Below are positions 1 through 12,390 of a DNA stretch of 64,000 bases, piece after piece. The translations under genes were made by a program, and so were the position numbers. The stretch lies in contig CM119372.1 of NCBI GenBank assembly GCA_051294905.1, forward strand, positions 11,596,001-11,660,000. Reading direction: 5' to 3'. Each line of letters begins with the position of its first letter. Positions within the stretch are counted from its first letter, which is position 1. Under the pieces are notes generated by a model. The model was not told where the DNA came from. It did not search any database and worked only from the letters and a program-made list of their open reading frames with translations. This DNA is from Botryllus schlosseri (Eukaryota).

Positions 1-1000
1 TCTGATGTCTTGTTAGAACCTCTCCCCTTGCTAATCAACATGATGATCAGGAAATATATCAAGATGACTGAACAGGAAGTGAACTTTTATGCTCATGTTT
101 GTTCCAAGTTTTCGATATGCTAGGCTTACCATATTTCGGAAATCTGAAATGAGGACACTTTTTCAGAAATTTGAGACTTGCAAAACTGGAGAAGAATTCT
201 CAAAAGCCGGTTAATTTTGCCCACTTTGTGATCGGTTGACTAAAAAAAAATCATCTTTTTCGCTCAGTGCTCAAAATACCGTTTTTCTTTCCGCATTGCT
301 AGGTGGATGACTAAAAAAAAGGTCATTTTTCCGCCCAGAGCTAAAATCACCGTTTTTCACTCTGAAATAACCGCCGGAGCGTCACTTCTGTGCTAATTTA
401 GGGCATATCACTCGCAATTTGCTCTAAATCTGACCTAAATTTTCAAAAAAGAGGACAAAATTTCAAAAAATAGAACAAAAGGGCGTCCTCCGAGGACACT
501 TTCAAAAAAGTCAAAAAAGAGGATAAATCCTCTTAAAAGAGGACGTATGGTAACCCTACGATATGCAGATACGAATTTTCGGACCAACTGTTTGTAGTTG
601 GGTGCTTTGTGATCAGCTAAAAAGTTTTATTTACTACATCTTAGGAGAAATTACATGCTGTGAACTCCTCCTAATGTGAAATTGGAATCTTTCATCGCTA
701 TTCGAATATACCAGATACCAGATTTAAGCTTCTCGTTTGATAGGGTTACTAGGTATACCCACTTCGTTGACTCAGTGGAAAATTATCCATTTACCAGCCA
801 AAAGAAATGAGACACATATGAGTAGGTAGTTAAGCCGTTCAATAAGGACAAATTTTATAGATTCATACTCCTCTTTAATCTTGGTAGAATGACCAATTGA
901 TGCAGGAGAAGATGAATTTCCGTTTTGGAAAAGTACAATTTTTAGGCTTGACAAACTGCTTTTTTGACAAACAAATATTTCGCATCATGCCATGTTAATA
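1..1000 (-). pseudogene. Degenerate Chapaev3-like (CMC; RAG1/Transib-related core) transposase, copy A, running off the window start
   Basis: Minus-strand translation gives SSLSSLKIVLFQNGN..SIGHSTKIKEEYESIKFVL (~960-840), LSNEKLKSGI (~745-715) and FLADHKAPNYKQLVRKFVSAYRKLGTNMSIKVHFLFSHLDIFP..QGERF*QDI (~625-1, read across the MITE at 121-558). Contains stops, frameshifts and an internal deletion. Family assignment is from remembered motifs. Confidence 0.75.
121..558. mobile_element. hAT (Blackjack-like) MITE
   Basis: Termini TAGGCTTACCATA / TATGGTAACCCTA with perfect 8-bp TSD CGATATGC on both sides. Closely similar inverted copy at 32553-32925. Confidence 0.9.
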
Positions 1001-1319
1001 TTGATAGAATGACTGAGAATGACATGAGGGTTCTTCATAGTTAATTAGCCATTTATGCGCAGTAAAAAATTAGAAAAAAACTACGATTTTCTTCCCACCA
1101 AGTGGAATATTTAAGGGTAAATACAGTAATTTTGGGCTTTTTAGGGGTATAAATATCTTCTGACAGAGAGCCAATCTGACAAAACTAATGTGATATTCGT
1201 AATCAGCAACCTCAAAAACCCCAGAAACGGCTCTCAGATGTTCTGCCGTAAATGCTACGAAAAACATCCTTCAAAGCTCTCAAATTACTTTATTGGATTT
1301 GAGGATTTATAATCTTGAA

Positions 1320-3480
1320 CTAATCCCTTCAAATAATCAGGATCCTTGGTATTTCCAAGAAATTTAGATGCAACTTCAATGAAAGAGATTCATGTATTTT
1401 TTCCAAATTCGCCTTCTTAAAATGAATAAATAGGTCTTTTTTTGTGAGTGTTCTGATTTGAGGTCCAACAAATACACCCTTTATTGTATTAACTCAAATG
1501 ACGAAACCTTTCGTGCACTCCTTTTGATCAGAGCATTCAAAAAAATTTTCATGAGACCCAGTTTAATATATAATGGCCCAAATACAACATTAGATCTGTC
1601 GATAACAGCAGGCCCTGAAACATTTAGTTCAGCTTGATTCAACGTTATACAGCTGCTGATCACCATCACGCTCATGCTGCGAACATTCTTTAGAGTAGAC
1701 AAACACTCTTCACCGAGAGAATTTTGTTCAACTGTTGACAAAACTTTTGAAGGCAATGGACTTGTGACATCTGGCCCATGAGGAATCGGCCGCATTGCAC
1801 AAGTCAAATTGGATATTGAATTTTATCGTGACTTTTGACATTGAATCCCAGCAAAAATACACGCGAGAAAAAGCCTAACAATCTTTTCCATGTCCATGTG
1901 GCTCTCTCCAAACCATTGGCACACCAAATGCTAAAGATTTTTTTTCAAATGCTTCATAGCCTCAATGTCGCTTTATTTTTCATTCAGTGTGCTGTGTGCA
2001 TACCTCTTCTTTACATCGCCTAGTCCAGAGGTCTCAAGCTCAAATGTGCTCGCGGGCCAATTTCCTAGTTTTTGATGACGCCGCGGGCCGCAGCTACAAT
2101 AATAGGGATATTCAATGTATATTCCAAGTAGGCCTTATTTGACGGGACCTTGTCCGACAGGCATTCCACCAACATCGTGGAAATGTAATTTACTATTTTA
2201 TTATTTACGCTTGTAACGACAAAAAATCGCATATTCATATATTTGAATAAAATTGTTTTTGTACAGGGTATAATTTTTTTAATTAATGAGTTAGAGACAT
2301 CAGGCGACAGGATGCATCATGACATCGTAAAACTGTCGGTGGACCTATGACGTGCCACACTTCTATGTAGAATATTTTAAAATCTACTGAAGATTGATCT
2401 GATATCAGAGCATGTGAGCGCCATAGCCTAATCCTGGTTTTGATCTAGTCGTGATAAGTATATAGACCATTGTTGCTGTCATTGCCCAAGTCAAATTAAA
2501 TCAGCGTCAGATTTTGCCTTCGATTATTATTGGAATATATCAATGAACTTGAATATAATCATTATTGAGCCATAGTAACAGCATTGGTTCTTAACCTTTT
2601 TAGTGATCGTACCCCTTGTGCTTCCAATGAGATTTCTCGTAGCCCCTGTCCATTTTCAACACAACTTCTGATGGTACCTATTAAAGCCCATTCACATAAA
2701 ATCGCACGTAGCGCGAAGACTATTGTCCAGTTGAACAAATGGGCCAAGAAATATTCCACAGCATATAGGCCAAATTCCACAATGCATCTCGTACACCCTG
2801 CTGGGTGCTTCGTACCCCGATGGGGTCTACGGACCCTGGTTAAGGACCCCTGGAATAGAAATGCCCAATCGGCGAAGACTTCATTGGTGTTACAGCTGTA
2901 GATCATACTACTACCTTACTTGTCACTAATAATAACATGGATAAAGAGAACAAACAACCCCCAGCATGTAACCAACTATACGCCACGGCGGTCACAGAAT
3001 GCCAATGGTTGCCATACGGACCTGATCAGATAGCTATATACTCAACGCAACACAAGCTACGACCTTTTGATATATTACTGTTCCCCATGGCAGTTTCATA
3101 GATTGTTGCGTCCTCAGGATTACCAAGTCACCGTTCCGAGTCGGAAGTCCTTCTCTGATTTTAACGTTTGACCTGACTTAACTCGAGTTAATTTTATTGC
3201 TGATCTTATGCCGCATGGTAGCGTTTGAAAGTGATGTGATAGTGAAGTTTGTTGAGATTTCAGTGATTTTTATATTAGTTTTGGGGTGAAGTATAAGTTC
3301 TTATATCTAAAAAAAATTTCATAGCACTTGCATATATTGTTGAATACTTGAAATTCCAAAATGCCGTCGCGGGCCGCACAAAATGCTCTTGCGGGCCGCG
3401 TGTTTGAGACCTCTGGCCTAGTCCAAAGTGGGTGTCTGATTTCAAATACTACTCCAAGTCGTTTTGACGCCTTCCTATCT
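1320..3480 (-). pseudogene. Degenerate Chapaev3-like transposase, copy B, split by a hAT MITE
   Basis: Minus strand: SLAFGVPMVWREPHGHGKDC..KIQYP/LTCAMRPIPHGPD (~1940-1765), VIDRSNVVFGPLYIKLGLMKIFLNAL (~1610-1530), GVFVGPQIRTL (~1480-1445), KFLGNTKDPDY (~1365-1330). Continuation past 3416 is weaker. Confidence 0.72.
2026..3415. mobile_element. hAT Charlie-like non-autonomous element
   Basis: TIR CAGAGGTCTCAA / TTGAGACCTCTG, GCGGGCC subterminal repeats, perfect TSD GCCTAGTC. Contains a second Charlie-like MITE at ~2582-2852. Confidence 0.9.
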
Positions 3481-3719
3481 TTTCATTGTATCGCAGTCTT
3501 GTGATGTTTTGAAAGGAAGAAAATAATAATAAAGTGATACTGATATCAAAAACTAGGCTTAGAATACTTACTTTTTACATACTTAAAAAAGTTACTTTTA
3601 CTTCTACTTCAGTAGGAAGTGACGCCGTTACTTCTACTTCTACTTGAGTACCTATGGTAAGTACTTTGACCATCTCTGATGGCGTCACAATGGTTATAGT
3701 TATGACCCAACAGCAAGGA

Positions 3720-3891
3720 ATACGTCACGGAACAGGCTGTTTTTAGCACTGAAAAGTAAAACTTTATATCACAGATTATAAAAGATCTTGACGTGATGAA
3801 AAAAAAGCGACTTCATAATCGTAATCAGCGTACGTAAATTGACTTGATAGTCATCATTTTGACCAGAAAGCAAAAATCATGTCGACAAGTG
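3720..3891. mobile_element. Probable Chapaev3-type element terminus
   Basis: Ends ...AAGCAAAAATCATGTCGACAAGTG (CAC/GTG terminus) after a TGACGTGAT..AAAA..AATCAGCG subterminal segment resembling Chapaev3 ends as I recall them. Adjacent to the transposase fossils. Confidence 0.4.
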
Positions 3892-3898
3892 TAATCAA

Positions 3899-4766
3899 TA
3901 GGGCAAGTTTTTGCAACTTTTGCAACTTTTGTTTGCAGCTTCCTGTAGATACTCAGAATCTATGTACTATGATGTTTTAAGCTGTGTGGAGGGGTTTTAT
4001 AGTGCAACTTTTTGCAACTTTTCTCTATTTTTCATGTAAATTTTTAATGCATCTTTTATCAAATATTGCGTTAAAATGTAAAGGAATGATTTAAAAACAT
4101 TCTATAAACTATTTCTAGTATGGCTCTATTCTCTTTGATGTGCAAAACAAAGTTATATGATGGGCTAGCTGCATCTCACTGTTATCTATGACACAATGAC
4201 TTGTATGCAAGAAGTTCAACTATACCCCTGCCAGGCACGACCATGTCCGAACCATATGTAAATAGATCGTTTTAATAATTCTGTCATAAAAAATTTGAAA
4301 TAGTGTCCCATTTCATGAGCGCCCAGGCGAGACCGCCGAAAATTACATTTTCACTGAGTCACCGTTTTCTTTTATTGCCTTTATTAAAGTCACCGAGAGT
4401 GCTCTGTAATACCTTATGTCAAGTTTGCAGACCTAGGGAGTTTGGGGTGTATTATTTGACTTGTTTTAGGGGGAGCGGTTATCGCTATGCTGTTTCCTTC
4501 TTTGGGGAACTGATTCCCGCATTGCGTAATTTCTTGCTATGTGCTGGAAAAATGTAATTTTTGGCGGTTTCACCAGACCCCGCGTTAAATGGCAATGAAG
4601 TAACAAATTTGACAGCCCTGCAGGAACTAGGTTATACAACGGAACCTTTCGAGTATCTCATACCCTCAAAATTCAACATAAATTATAAATGCAAATTTGT
4701 ACTGCAACTTTCGTTAGAATAAAATGCAACTTTCTCGCGATTTTAGTGCAACAAAAACTTGCCGTA
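3899..4766. mobile_element. hAT-type MITE (TAGGGCAAGTTTTTG family)
   Basis: Termini TAGGGCAAGTTTTTG / CAAAAACTTGCCGTA, TGCAAC repeats, TSD GTAATCAA/ATAATCAA. Related copy at 50204-50680. Confidence 0.75.
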
Positions 4767-5001
4767 ATAATCAATAATCGTCAGATTATATTTTCATCTC
4801 ATCAATACACACACAAGACACAATCGACTTGTCAATCCTTCCTTCGAGTGCTGGAGGTTTATATCGACTAGTCCGCGCCATCCGTTCTGCGTGATGTTTC
4901 ATTAAATAAAGTCCGGAACGAACGTTGGTCGTGCTATAAATTGGCGTCTCAGGAATCATAATAACTTAATAAGCAATATCGGACTGGTGGAAAATGAATA
5001 C

Positions 5002-5263
5002 CAGAGGTGTGCAAAGTAGTCACCGTCGCTACTCAAGTAGAAGTAGAAGTAACGCCGGAATTTCTACTCAAGTAGAAGTAGGAGTGGTGGTTCACAAGTA
5101 AGTAAGTAAGTATTCTACGCTTATTTTTGCCTACAAAACTAAAAACTGTCAAGTAGAAGTAGAAGTCGTCTAAAATCATACCTACTTAAAAAGTAGTATG
5201 AGTCGGCAAAATCTACTTCAAGTAATTCAAAAAGTAGAAGTACTTCGTTACTGACGACCTCTG
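5002..5263. mobile_element. AGTAGAAGT-repeat hAT-type MITE
   Basis: Termini CAGAGGT / ACCTCTG, TSD ATGAATAC/ATGACTAC, body of AAGTAG repeats. Sister copies at ~5533-5787 and inverted partial at ~3550-3678. Confidence 0.75.
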
Positions 5264-5532
5264 ATGACTACAGATGTCGAAATACCAATAAAATCTAATT
5301 GCGTCGTGTCATCGTTCGGTCCGAGGTTGTGATGGTGGTAACTACTGAAAAAAGGTCGACTCCTTCCGCCAGATCCAAAATATCACGACCCAATTACCCG
5401 GGTGATGACGTTTTGTTTAGTTATCCCCTTCTTGCTACTATATGTGGATGAGATGTCGTTACAGAGCCATTGACAGTGGAGGTCCCGGTTTGATTCTTGG
5501 CAGTAGCACATTTCGAATCGTCGAAGGTTTAT

Positions 5533-5787
5533 CAGAGGTTGTCAAAGTAGTCATCATCTGCACTCAAGTAGAAGTAGAAGGAGCGATTTAAATTTCTACT
5601 CGAGTAGAAGTCGAAGTAGCGATTTACAAGTAAGTACTCTAGGCCTAGTTTTTCACAAAAGACTGAAAACTGTCAAATAGAAGTAGAATTAGTCAGACTC
5701 ATAACCACTTGTGGAAGTAGTGCATGTGGGCAATATATACTTGCAGTACTTTGAAAAGTGGACGTACTTCGTTACAAACCGCTTCTG
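5533..5787. mobile_element. Second AGTAGAAGT-repeat MITE copy
   Basis: Collinear with 5002-5263 (CAGAGGTTGTCAAAGTAGTCA..CTCAAGTAGAAGTAGAAG..GTACTTCGTTAC). Confidence 0.7.
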
Positions 5788-5943
5788 CTGAGCTTACACC
5801 GGACTTACAACAAAGGCCCAGAGACAGTACTGATCAAGGACGATTTCAAGGAAGAGAATCAAAAGAGCGAGGAAGCCTAAAACAAGAAAGATGAAGACGG
5901 AACACTGTTACATCGGAGGTGAGGGGAAGGGGGGGGGGGTGGC

Positions 5944-5987
5944 GGCGAGATAGCACAGTGGTTTAATCCGCGGCTGCAAAACCAACC
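5944..5987 (+). mobile_element. Isolated 5' head of the tRNA-derived SINE
   Basis: GGCGAGATAGCACAGTGGTTTAATCCGCGGCTGCAA matches the head of the SINE at 12391-12664. Truncated before the B box. Confidence 0.6.
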
Positions 5988-7566
5988 CGAAAAGTTGAAG
6001 TTAACCAAAGCTGTTGCAAAACAGCGATTTGAACAATATTTCCGGGTACGCCTCCAACATGGTATAAGATTCCTTCACTTGGATTAAGCCTTCTAGGAAG
6101 TTCTGCGCAACCCACGTAGTGACCGATGACAAGTGAAAGTTGCGAAACGTTACGAAAATGTCGGTGGTTTCTATTCACTGTGCACCACTCAAACTCTCTC
6201 TCTCTCTCTCTTCTAACTCCTGTCTGCCTATTACCCGTGCAAGCTAGAGCTTTCTAGAGACAACTAGAAGAGTCGGACAAACCATATTGGGACATCGAAA
6301 CGAATTGCGTAATACAAAGGTGTATACATTTTATGATCATACACCATATTGTCGCGACAACGCGTCTTATAAATGATATTTTCAACTGCAATAAATTCGG
6401 GAAATTTTCATACATCAAGCCATTCGAAGCGGTGCTCAATATCCCGATACTCAGAATTAGCATTATCACAACCTTATCCAGGTCGCAACCCTTACTTTGG
6501 GTACCACTGCATAGCTCACTAGACCAAGGTCACGAGAATACATACACCACGAAACCGGAGATACATAGCACATTCTTTATAAATAACAGCCGTGGCAAAT
6601 TTGAAATGATGAGAATTATAGAGAAAGCGATATTATAATGTACTTTGGAACAGTCATATTTGAAATCCATATCGTGAAGTCGATGCCGTACATCGTACAG
6701 TACATATCGTCACGGAGAATCTCATTACGCACTTAAAGCACGGATTCAAAAATTGGATAAAAAAAACGGTATAAAATTACTATGATTCGTGATTTGGGGG
6801 TGGATATCATGGAAAATCACGGATGCCACGCATGAAACATTCAAAATCTCATTGGATGCAATTACACATATGAAACGGCCGTAAGCAAACATAGAAATGA
6901 GAAGTAAAATAAGCAGGCTTAGAGCGTTTGTAAAACAGAAAAAAAAAAACAGAAATACATTTCGAAGAGGATTCATAAAGAGAATAGGGTCTCAGCATAC
7001 ACAATAAATAACGGTCGATGTCATTTGCTGTTGTGGTGTTTCGACTAACATGGTCCGTACACCAGGCCATTACGATTGCGTCACCGTTTGCTGTACTTTC
7101 CGCAAATGCAGCTCACCATTTTGGGCGGCGACAAGGACCCTATATATATATATACATATATATATAGACAAAACTCAAATACTTCTGCGGCGATTTGCAG
7201 TCGACTTCATCCGCACTTCTATCGCCGGTTTATCTGTGTGCTGGTGGACCCCATCCACGCGTCACTCACCTGCCATTTAAATAACGGGCTAAAGGTCATG
7301 ATAACGTTGTCTTATTAGTCATGGAGAATCATATGAATATCCACTATCTGGTAAATAAAGTCGTGGTAACCTCCTGCTCAGCCACAGTGACGCAACGGGT
7401 ACTGAAATTTGGGGTTCCAGTATCATAACGTCATCGATATGCAAGTGACGTCACGTAAATATGACTACACCTCAAATTTCCATCCTGGCTAGGCCCAACA
7501 CCACGAACGAATTGTACCGTGGTCTGGCACCAGGCTCACGATCAACGCTTACGGGTCGCGTTCGCG

Positions 7567-9157
7567 TCACATGTCCAACACCTTTTGCGTGCTGTTGAGC
7601 AAACCCGCCGTCTGCGCGATCCCCACTTTTGCGAAAGGTTTAGACTGCAGTTTGTACGGCTGGTTCACCGAGTCAGAGTCACGAAAAGGCTCCATCGTGC
7701 CGCCTAACGCGAAGTCATGTCCCGCTTTCACGTGCGAGCTGCCGTAGTGACGGTAGTGGTCGTTCATGTGACTGTACGGCGCGGAAAAGCGCTCTTCAAA
7801 TTCATGCGTGGCGTCTTGCTTCGCGTGCGGCCACCGGTCGTGGCCGTACCTATGCTCATGGTGGTTCAAATAGTCTCTGTCAGCGTGACGTACGTTCGGA
7901 TAGAAGTCGCCTAAGGGAGGTTTAAAATTGCCCTGCGAGCTGGGTGATTCAGACGAATACACGGATCGCTGCCCGTCTATCGCTGGTGTCGCCGGATTCT
8001 GCCCGGCCGTGCGCAGTTGCACAGGGTTAACGCCTGGCCTCTGCCCGTAGGTGAGAAAGCCGTGTGATTGTCCCCCCGCGTGAAACGCCAAGTCCGGTGC
8101 TTGTCCCTGCGTGTTAGGGTAGACCTGCGTTTCGGGCCTGTACTGCTGCGTGTCGTGCGTGGGGTATCTCGCGGGCGGCGCGTTCCGCGAGTCGTTTGCT
8201 TGGTAACGGTTCGGCGAGTGCATACCGTTGCGGTGAGTCTCGTAGGGCGACACGTTCGGCACGGAGAAGGAGCGATCAACCGTGATGGGAGGTTTCTGAG
8301 GTTGACCACGGTTTCGAGCCATGTCGTTTCTTTCGGAATATCTTCGTTGGGGCGGTATCGCGACCGATGCATCGCTATGCGACTTTGACGGTCCATGATA
8401 GCTTGCAAACGGGTACTTGTCGTTTGCGTTGTCGCTTGTAGGCTTTACGTTACCTGCCCCGGGACCTTTAGGCTGAACTAACGCGGATCTAAGGCTCGGG
8501 CTGCTTGTGAGTGGGTGGAAGTTTATCGGATCTTTCAGGCTTTCGGCGATTGTATCGTTTTCGTGCGCTGTGCTGCCGTAATCGACCGGCTGACCAGCCA
8601 TTTTGTTTTGGAGCTGCGCGTGTTCCGGCGAGCTTGCCGCGTCCGTGGAGATATCTTCCGATACGCTCCTCGTGAGCGTATGGATTCTGTCCGAATCGGT
8701 CTCGTCCAGCAGAGCTTCGTCTTCGTTGACCCGCCATTGTTTCGCCGCCGGCAGCTCTTTGGCTGTTTTTGTGTCGACCGACTTGTCCAATTTGCAATCG
8801 CTGTGGATTCCCGAATCGGAGCCGTTCTCTTTGTCGGAACAGTTCGCCAGATCTTGATCGTGATCGACGCCTTCGAGCGTTTGGTTTCCTTCGGACTGTC
8901 TACTTTTCGGTTTGCTGTCTTTCGACTTTTTCTTCCCGGATTTAACCGGTTTGGTCGCGGAAGATCCGGTGCTCTGGCTGTCGTTGTCAGACGATGTGGT
9001 GCCACCCTTCGATTTGACGTCGTCCTCGTCTGAGTCGCTATTCACCTCTTCTTCCGAATTCGCGGATTCGTCGCCGGTCTTTTGGTCGTCATGCTTGTTC
9101 TGCTGCTGCTGTCGCTTGTGTTTCATCCGTCTGTTTTGGAACCAGACCTTTACTTGC
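7567..9157 (-). CDS. Hox2: Hox2 coding exon 3 (homeodomain helix 3 plus ~515-aa C-terminal tail)
   Basis: Acceptor TTTGACAG|G, then CAA GTA AAG GTC TGG TTC CAA AAC AGA CGG ATG = QVKVWFQNRRMKHKRQ, running in frame into the 519-aa ORF that ends at TGA 7569-7567. More GC-rich than the flanks. Confidence 0.92.
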
Positions 9158-9513
9158 CTGTCAAAGATGTACAGTCAGGTCTCGGGAAGGTTTCGGGCAA
9201 TAGATAGGCCAGGCGTTTGTGGGCCCAGTGGGTTGCGTGGACTAGTTGTAAGGGGTGCATAAAAACCAATGTTTAAACTACAACTATATAAGACTGCATT
9301 GTTATTTATGACACATGTCCTATCTTGTCTTATTTGCGATGGCCACAAGGTCACAAGCGAAAGTGATGACCTTCTTTTATAGTCATCAGCCTCCCAAATT
9401 ACGCGGGGTCCACGCATTCACCCAAGGAAATTTCGGGATGCGCGCTAGAAAAAGGTTTAGAAACCCCGCGGTAGTCTGTTACTTTCGCCAAACTATGCTT
9501 GCTGAGTCACGGG

Positions 9514-9949
9514 TAGGACTGTACATAATCGAGTACTAGAGTGATTCAATTCTGAGCCGAGTATGAAACGAACGTACCCCATTGTTAATTCGCTATCTGA
9601 AAGTTCAAATATGCACCTTTGCTACCACAGAGGCAGTAAGGACGGATCAAAATATATTTTCCTCCTTTATTATGACTTTCTCTGCATTTTCTGACGATGC
9701 TGCGAGTCGATTACTATGCTTCACAGAAATACTGCCCATGAATATTTGTTTTGGAGGAATACTAATTATAACCAATCGAGGTTTCAATATACTGACGGAG
9801 AGAAGAAGTTCCCAAAACTATTATATCACGCTGATACAATAGTTCAAGGAGCGCATAATTTCGTTACTCGAAAATATTGACTCTATCTGCTCCGCGCAAA
9901 TCATTCAAATTTATGCTCTGTCGGATTCGAGTTTTTGCGCTCAGCCCTA
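9514..9949. mobile_element. Degenerate hAT-type MITE in Hox2 intron 2
   Basis: TAGGACTG.. / ..CAGCCCTA termini with imperfect flanking repeat GTCACGGG/GTCACAGG. Confidence 0.35.
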
Positions 9950-10277
9950 TAGTCACAGGTAATGGAATGACGGCGAAAATCGCACAAGCGCAATGTCATC
10001 AACGATCCGATGACAATGAGACCTCTCTGCGGTAAAAGCAACATTTTACCAGTCAACAATACGGTAGTTATACAAATTTACGGGGGGAAATGCACTGCTC
10101 TCGGTCGTGTTTGTATATTGAAGAAAAGCCGCTACCATGCCCATTGTTTCGTTGAAAATCAATTTACTGGCGTGATACGGAGAATGGCTGGGCAGTGGGC
10201 ACTGGGCATACACATATTCGTGTCGGAGCAAGGCGGTTCAGAAAGTGTTTGGACTGATCTGCGAATGTGAAATCTAC

Positions 10278-10425
10278 CTTTCCGTCAAATCGAGTAAAGT
10301 CGCGATTTCGATCCTTCTCGGCCGGCAGAGGTATTTGTTGAAGTGGAATTCCTTTTCCAGCTCAAGAAGTTGTGTATTCGTATATGCTGTCCGGAGTCGA
10401 CGAGATGTGCCCGGCGGTCTCACAC
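10278..10425 (-). CDS. Hox2: Hox2 coding exon 2 (linker plus homeodomain residues 1-43)
   Basis: Acceptor TTTCAG|GT, then [49 protein letters not shown], nearly identical to the Hoxa2/pb homeodomain. Donor AG|GTAGAT (phase 2). 148 nt, frame-consistent with both neighbours. Confidence 0.96.
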
Positions 10426-12390
10426 CTGAAATTTTTATATTCACGTCAATCTTCATACTTATTCATTGTTTGCTTGTAGATATAACCAAGGATGATTATG
10501 CGACAAGAAGCTAAAGTTCTATTTGCTCTCGTTCTTTCCATTGCTTGTCAACAAGTCATTTACGCGACGCTGTGTTTCAGCGCGTACAAGTTACCTCGGG
10601 TGTTCGCGTGTAATGAGAGTTTAATCGCGCCAATGAAGGCGCAGACTTTAAAATCCGCATTAAAGATCGATTATAGATTTAGTTGCTAGCTGACAACATA
10701 CAGTGTGGCAGCTGAACCAGGTGCTCCAGGCCGCTAAACTTTCTGCTGTTTAGCTAGTATCAATTCGGAAGCCGACTACGATTTGTACAGCTGTCCAGTC
10801 TTGCTTGTGTACAATTGAAGCAATATTCGCACCTCATCGGAATTTATTCTGGATATCGCGCATATAGCTTCGAAACTCCTTTGGGATAGGAGTAGAAAAT
10901 AATGACCGTCTGCCTACGTCACTTTGCGTGCCGGTCTATTGACGGGATGAGCCCAAATCCAAATCACATGCGACTGTACCGAGTCATATATAATGCATGG
11001 CAGCAGTATGCAAACCGGTCCGATATAGCCCAGATATCAGAATGCTTACCCCTTGACCACGAGATCAAGATTGCGAGGTTGAATGGGAGCTCTTTTACCA
11101 ATGTCGGATCTCGATTTCATAGTAAATGTAGGCTATATCACGATCTCTCAAAAGTGATGGTTCTATGCCTGGAAAGCCACGGTTTCCAATGTTGACAATG
11201 TTGTAGAACCGATCATCACAAAATGATTGTTGTCTCGAAATTACATATTCAATACCTCGATAAAACTGGTAACGCGCGCCATTGTCCGTCCATCTTTATC
11301 AAACTTATAATTTATGAACAAACGCGGTAAAAATACGCTCATTCCATTCCATATATGCGCTTCTGAATTCTATCACTCTACTATTTGTGAGCAATGCCGG
11401 CGAGCATTAAATGCGATTTATGTTTGTAAGTATGCTGGCAAAGAATATTACAATATGGCTGTTCAACTGAACCAAACATACATCAACACCAGCACATTTT
11501 CCGTCGTGATACTTCGTCTTACAACCGTTGAATGTACGCCTGATAGCGACCGAATAGGGATGACACGGTACGTCTGTATACTCAAGTGCAGAAACAGTTC
11601 GATATCACACATAATTGACGCAAATAAATTATTTTATTGCTACACGCTTCATATCGATGTCCCAGCAATCGAGTGTCGTGTTCCTGATTCAACAGGGTCG
11701 TCACGGTCGATTATGGCCAAAATCTACCTCCGAACCACGGAGCGATGTTCAGGTTTCGAGAAAGGTGTTATTGCAGTGAAATTGTAGAAGAAAATTATGT
11801 CACGACCGAAGGAATTATTTTCAATTTGATAGAATAGACTCGCTTGGCATTTATCGTTCGGGAACTGATTTTGTACAGCTCATAGCGATATCGCTTTCGA
11901 TAAAATTCCTCAAGGGAACCTTGTATGAGAAACTTCGTTCCACAAATCACTTATCATTACGAGGTTATACACAGAGTCGCAAGAACGTCTACGCTGCTGC
12001 ATTTCGCAGCGGAACACGTGATCACGGGGAATATTTCGTTTCCGGGTTTTGACGTTATAGTTCGTGACGATATAATAGGACAATGGACAATAAAGATATT
12101 GCCACACCAGACACGCGTCAGTATGTTTATCTCTCGTTATCACTGCCAGACTGACACGACTGATAACAAATGTCGGGGGTCAACGATGTCATTGTTCTAG
12201 AATCTAGAGTCCGTCGATTCTCATTACGCGATTATTTATCCATGTCATAATTCATAACTAGTCTCATGCGCGTGCAAGAGAGCGTTCAGTGGAGTAAGGG
12301 TTACAACACTTCCTTTCGACTACATATATTTTGTTTTCATTGATACAGGTGCCTTAATCTGAGAAAATATTAAAGTACGTGAAATTGGCA

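Noticed and set aside
6200..7566. Hox2 polyadenylation signal
   Set aside because: I did not find a convincing minus-strand AATAAA here, so the 3' end is left uncalled.
7519..9262. Several 60-170 aa ORFs overlapping Hox2 exon 3 on both strands
   Set aside because: Shadow ORFs of a GC-rich coding exon; no recognisable domains.
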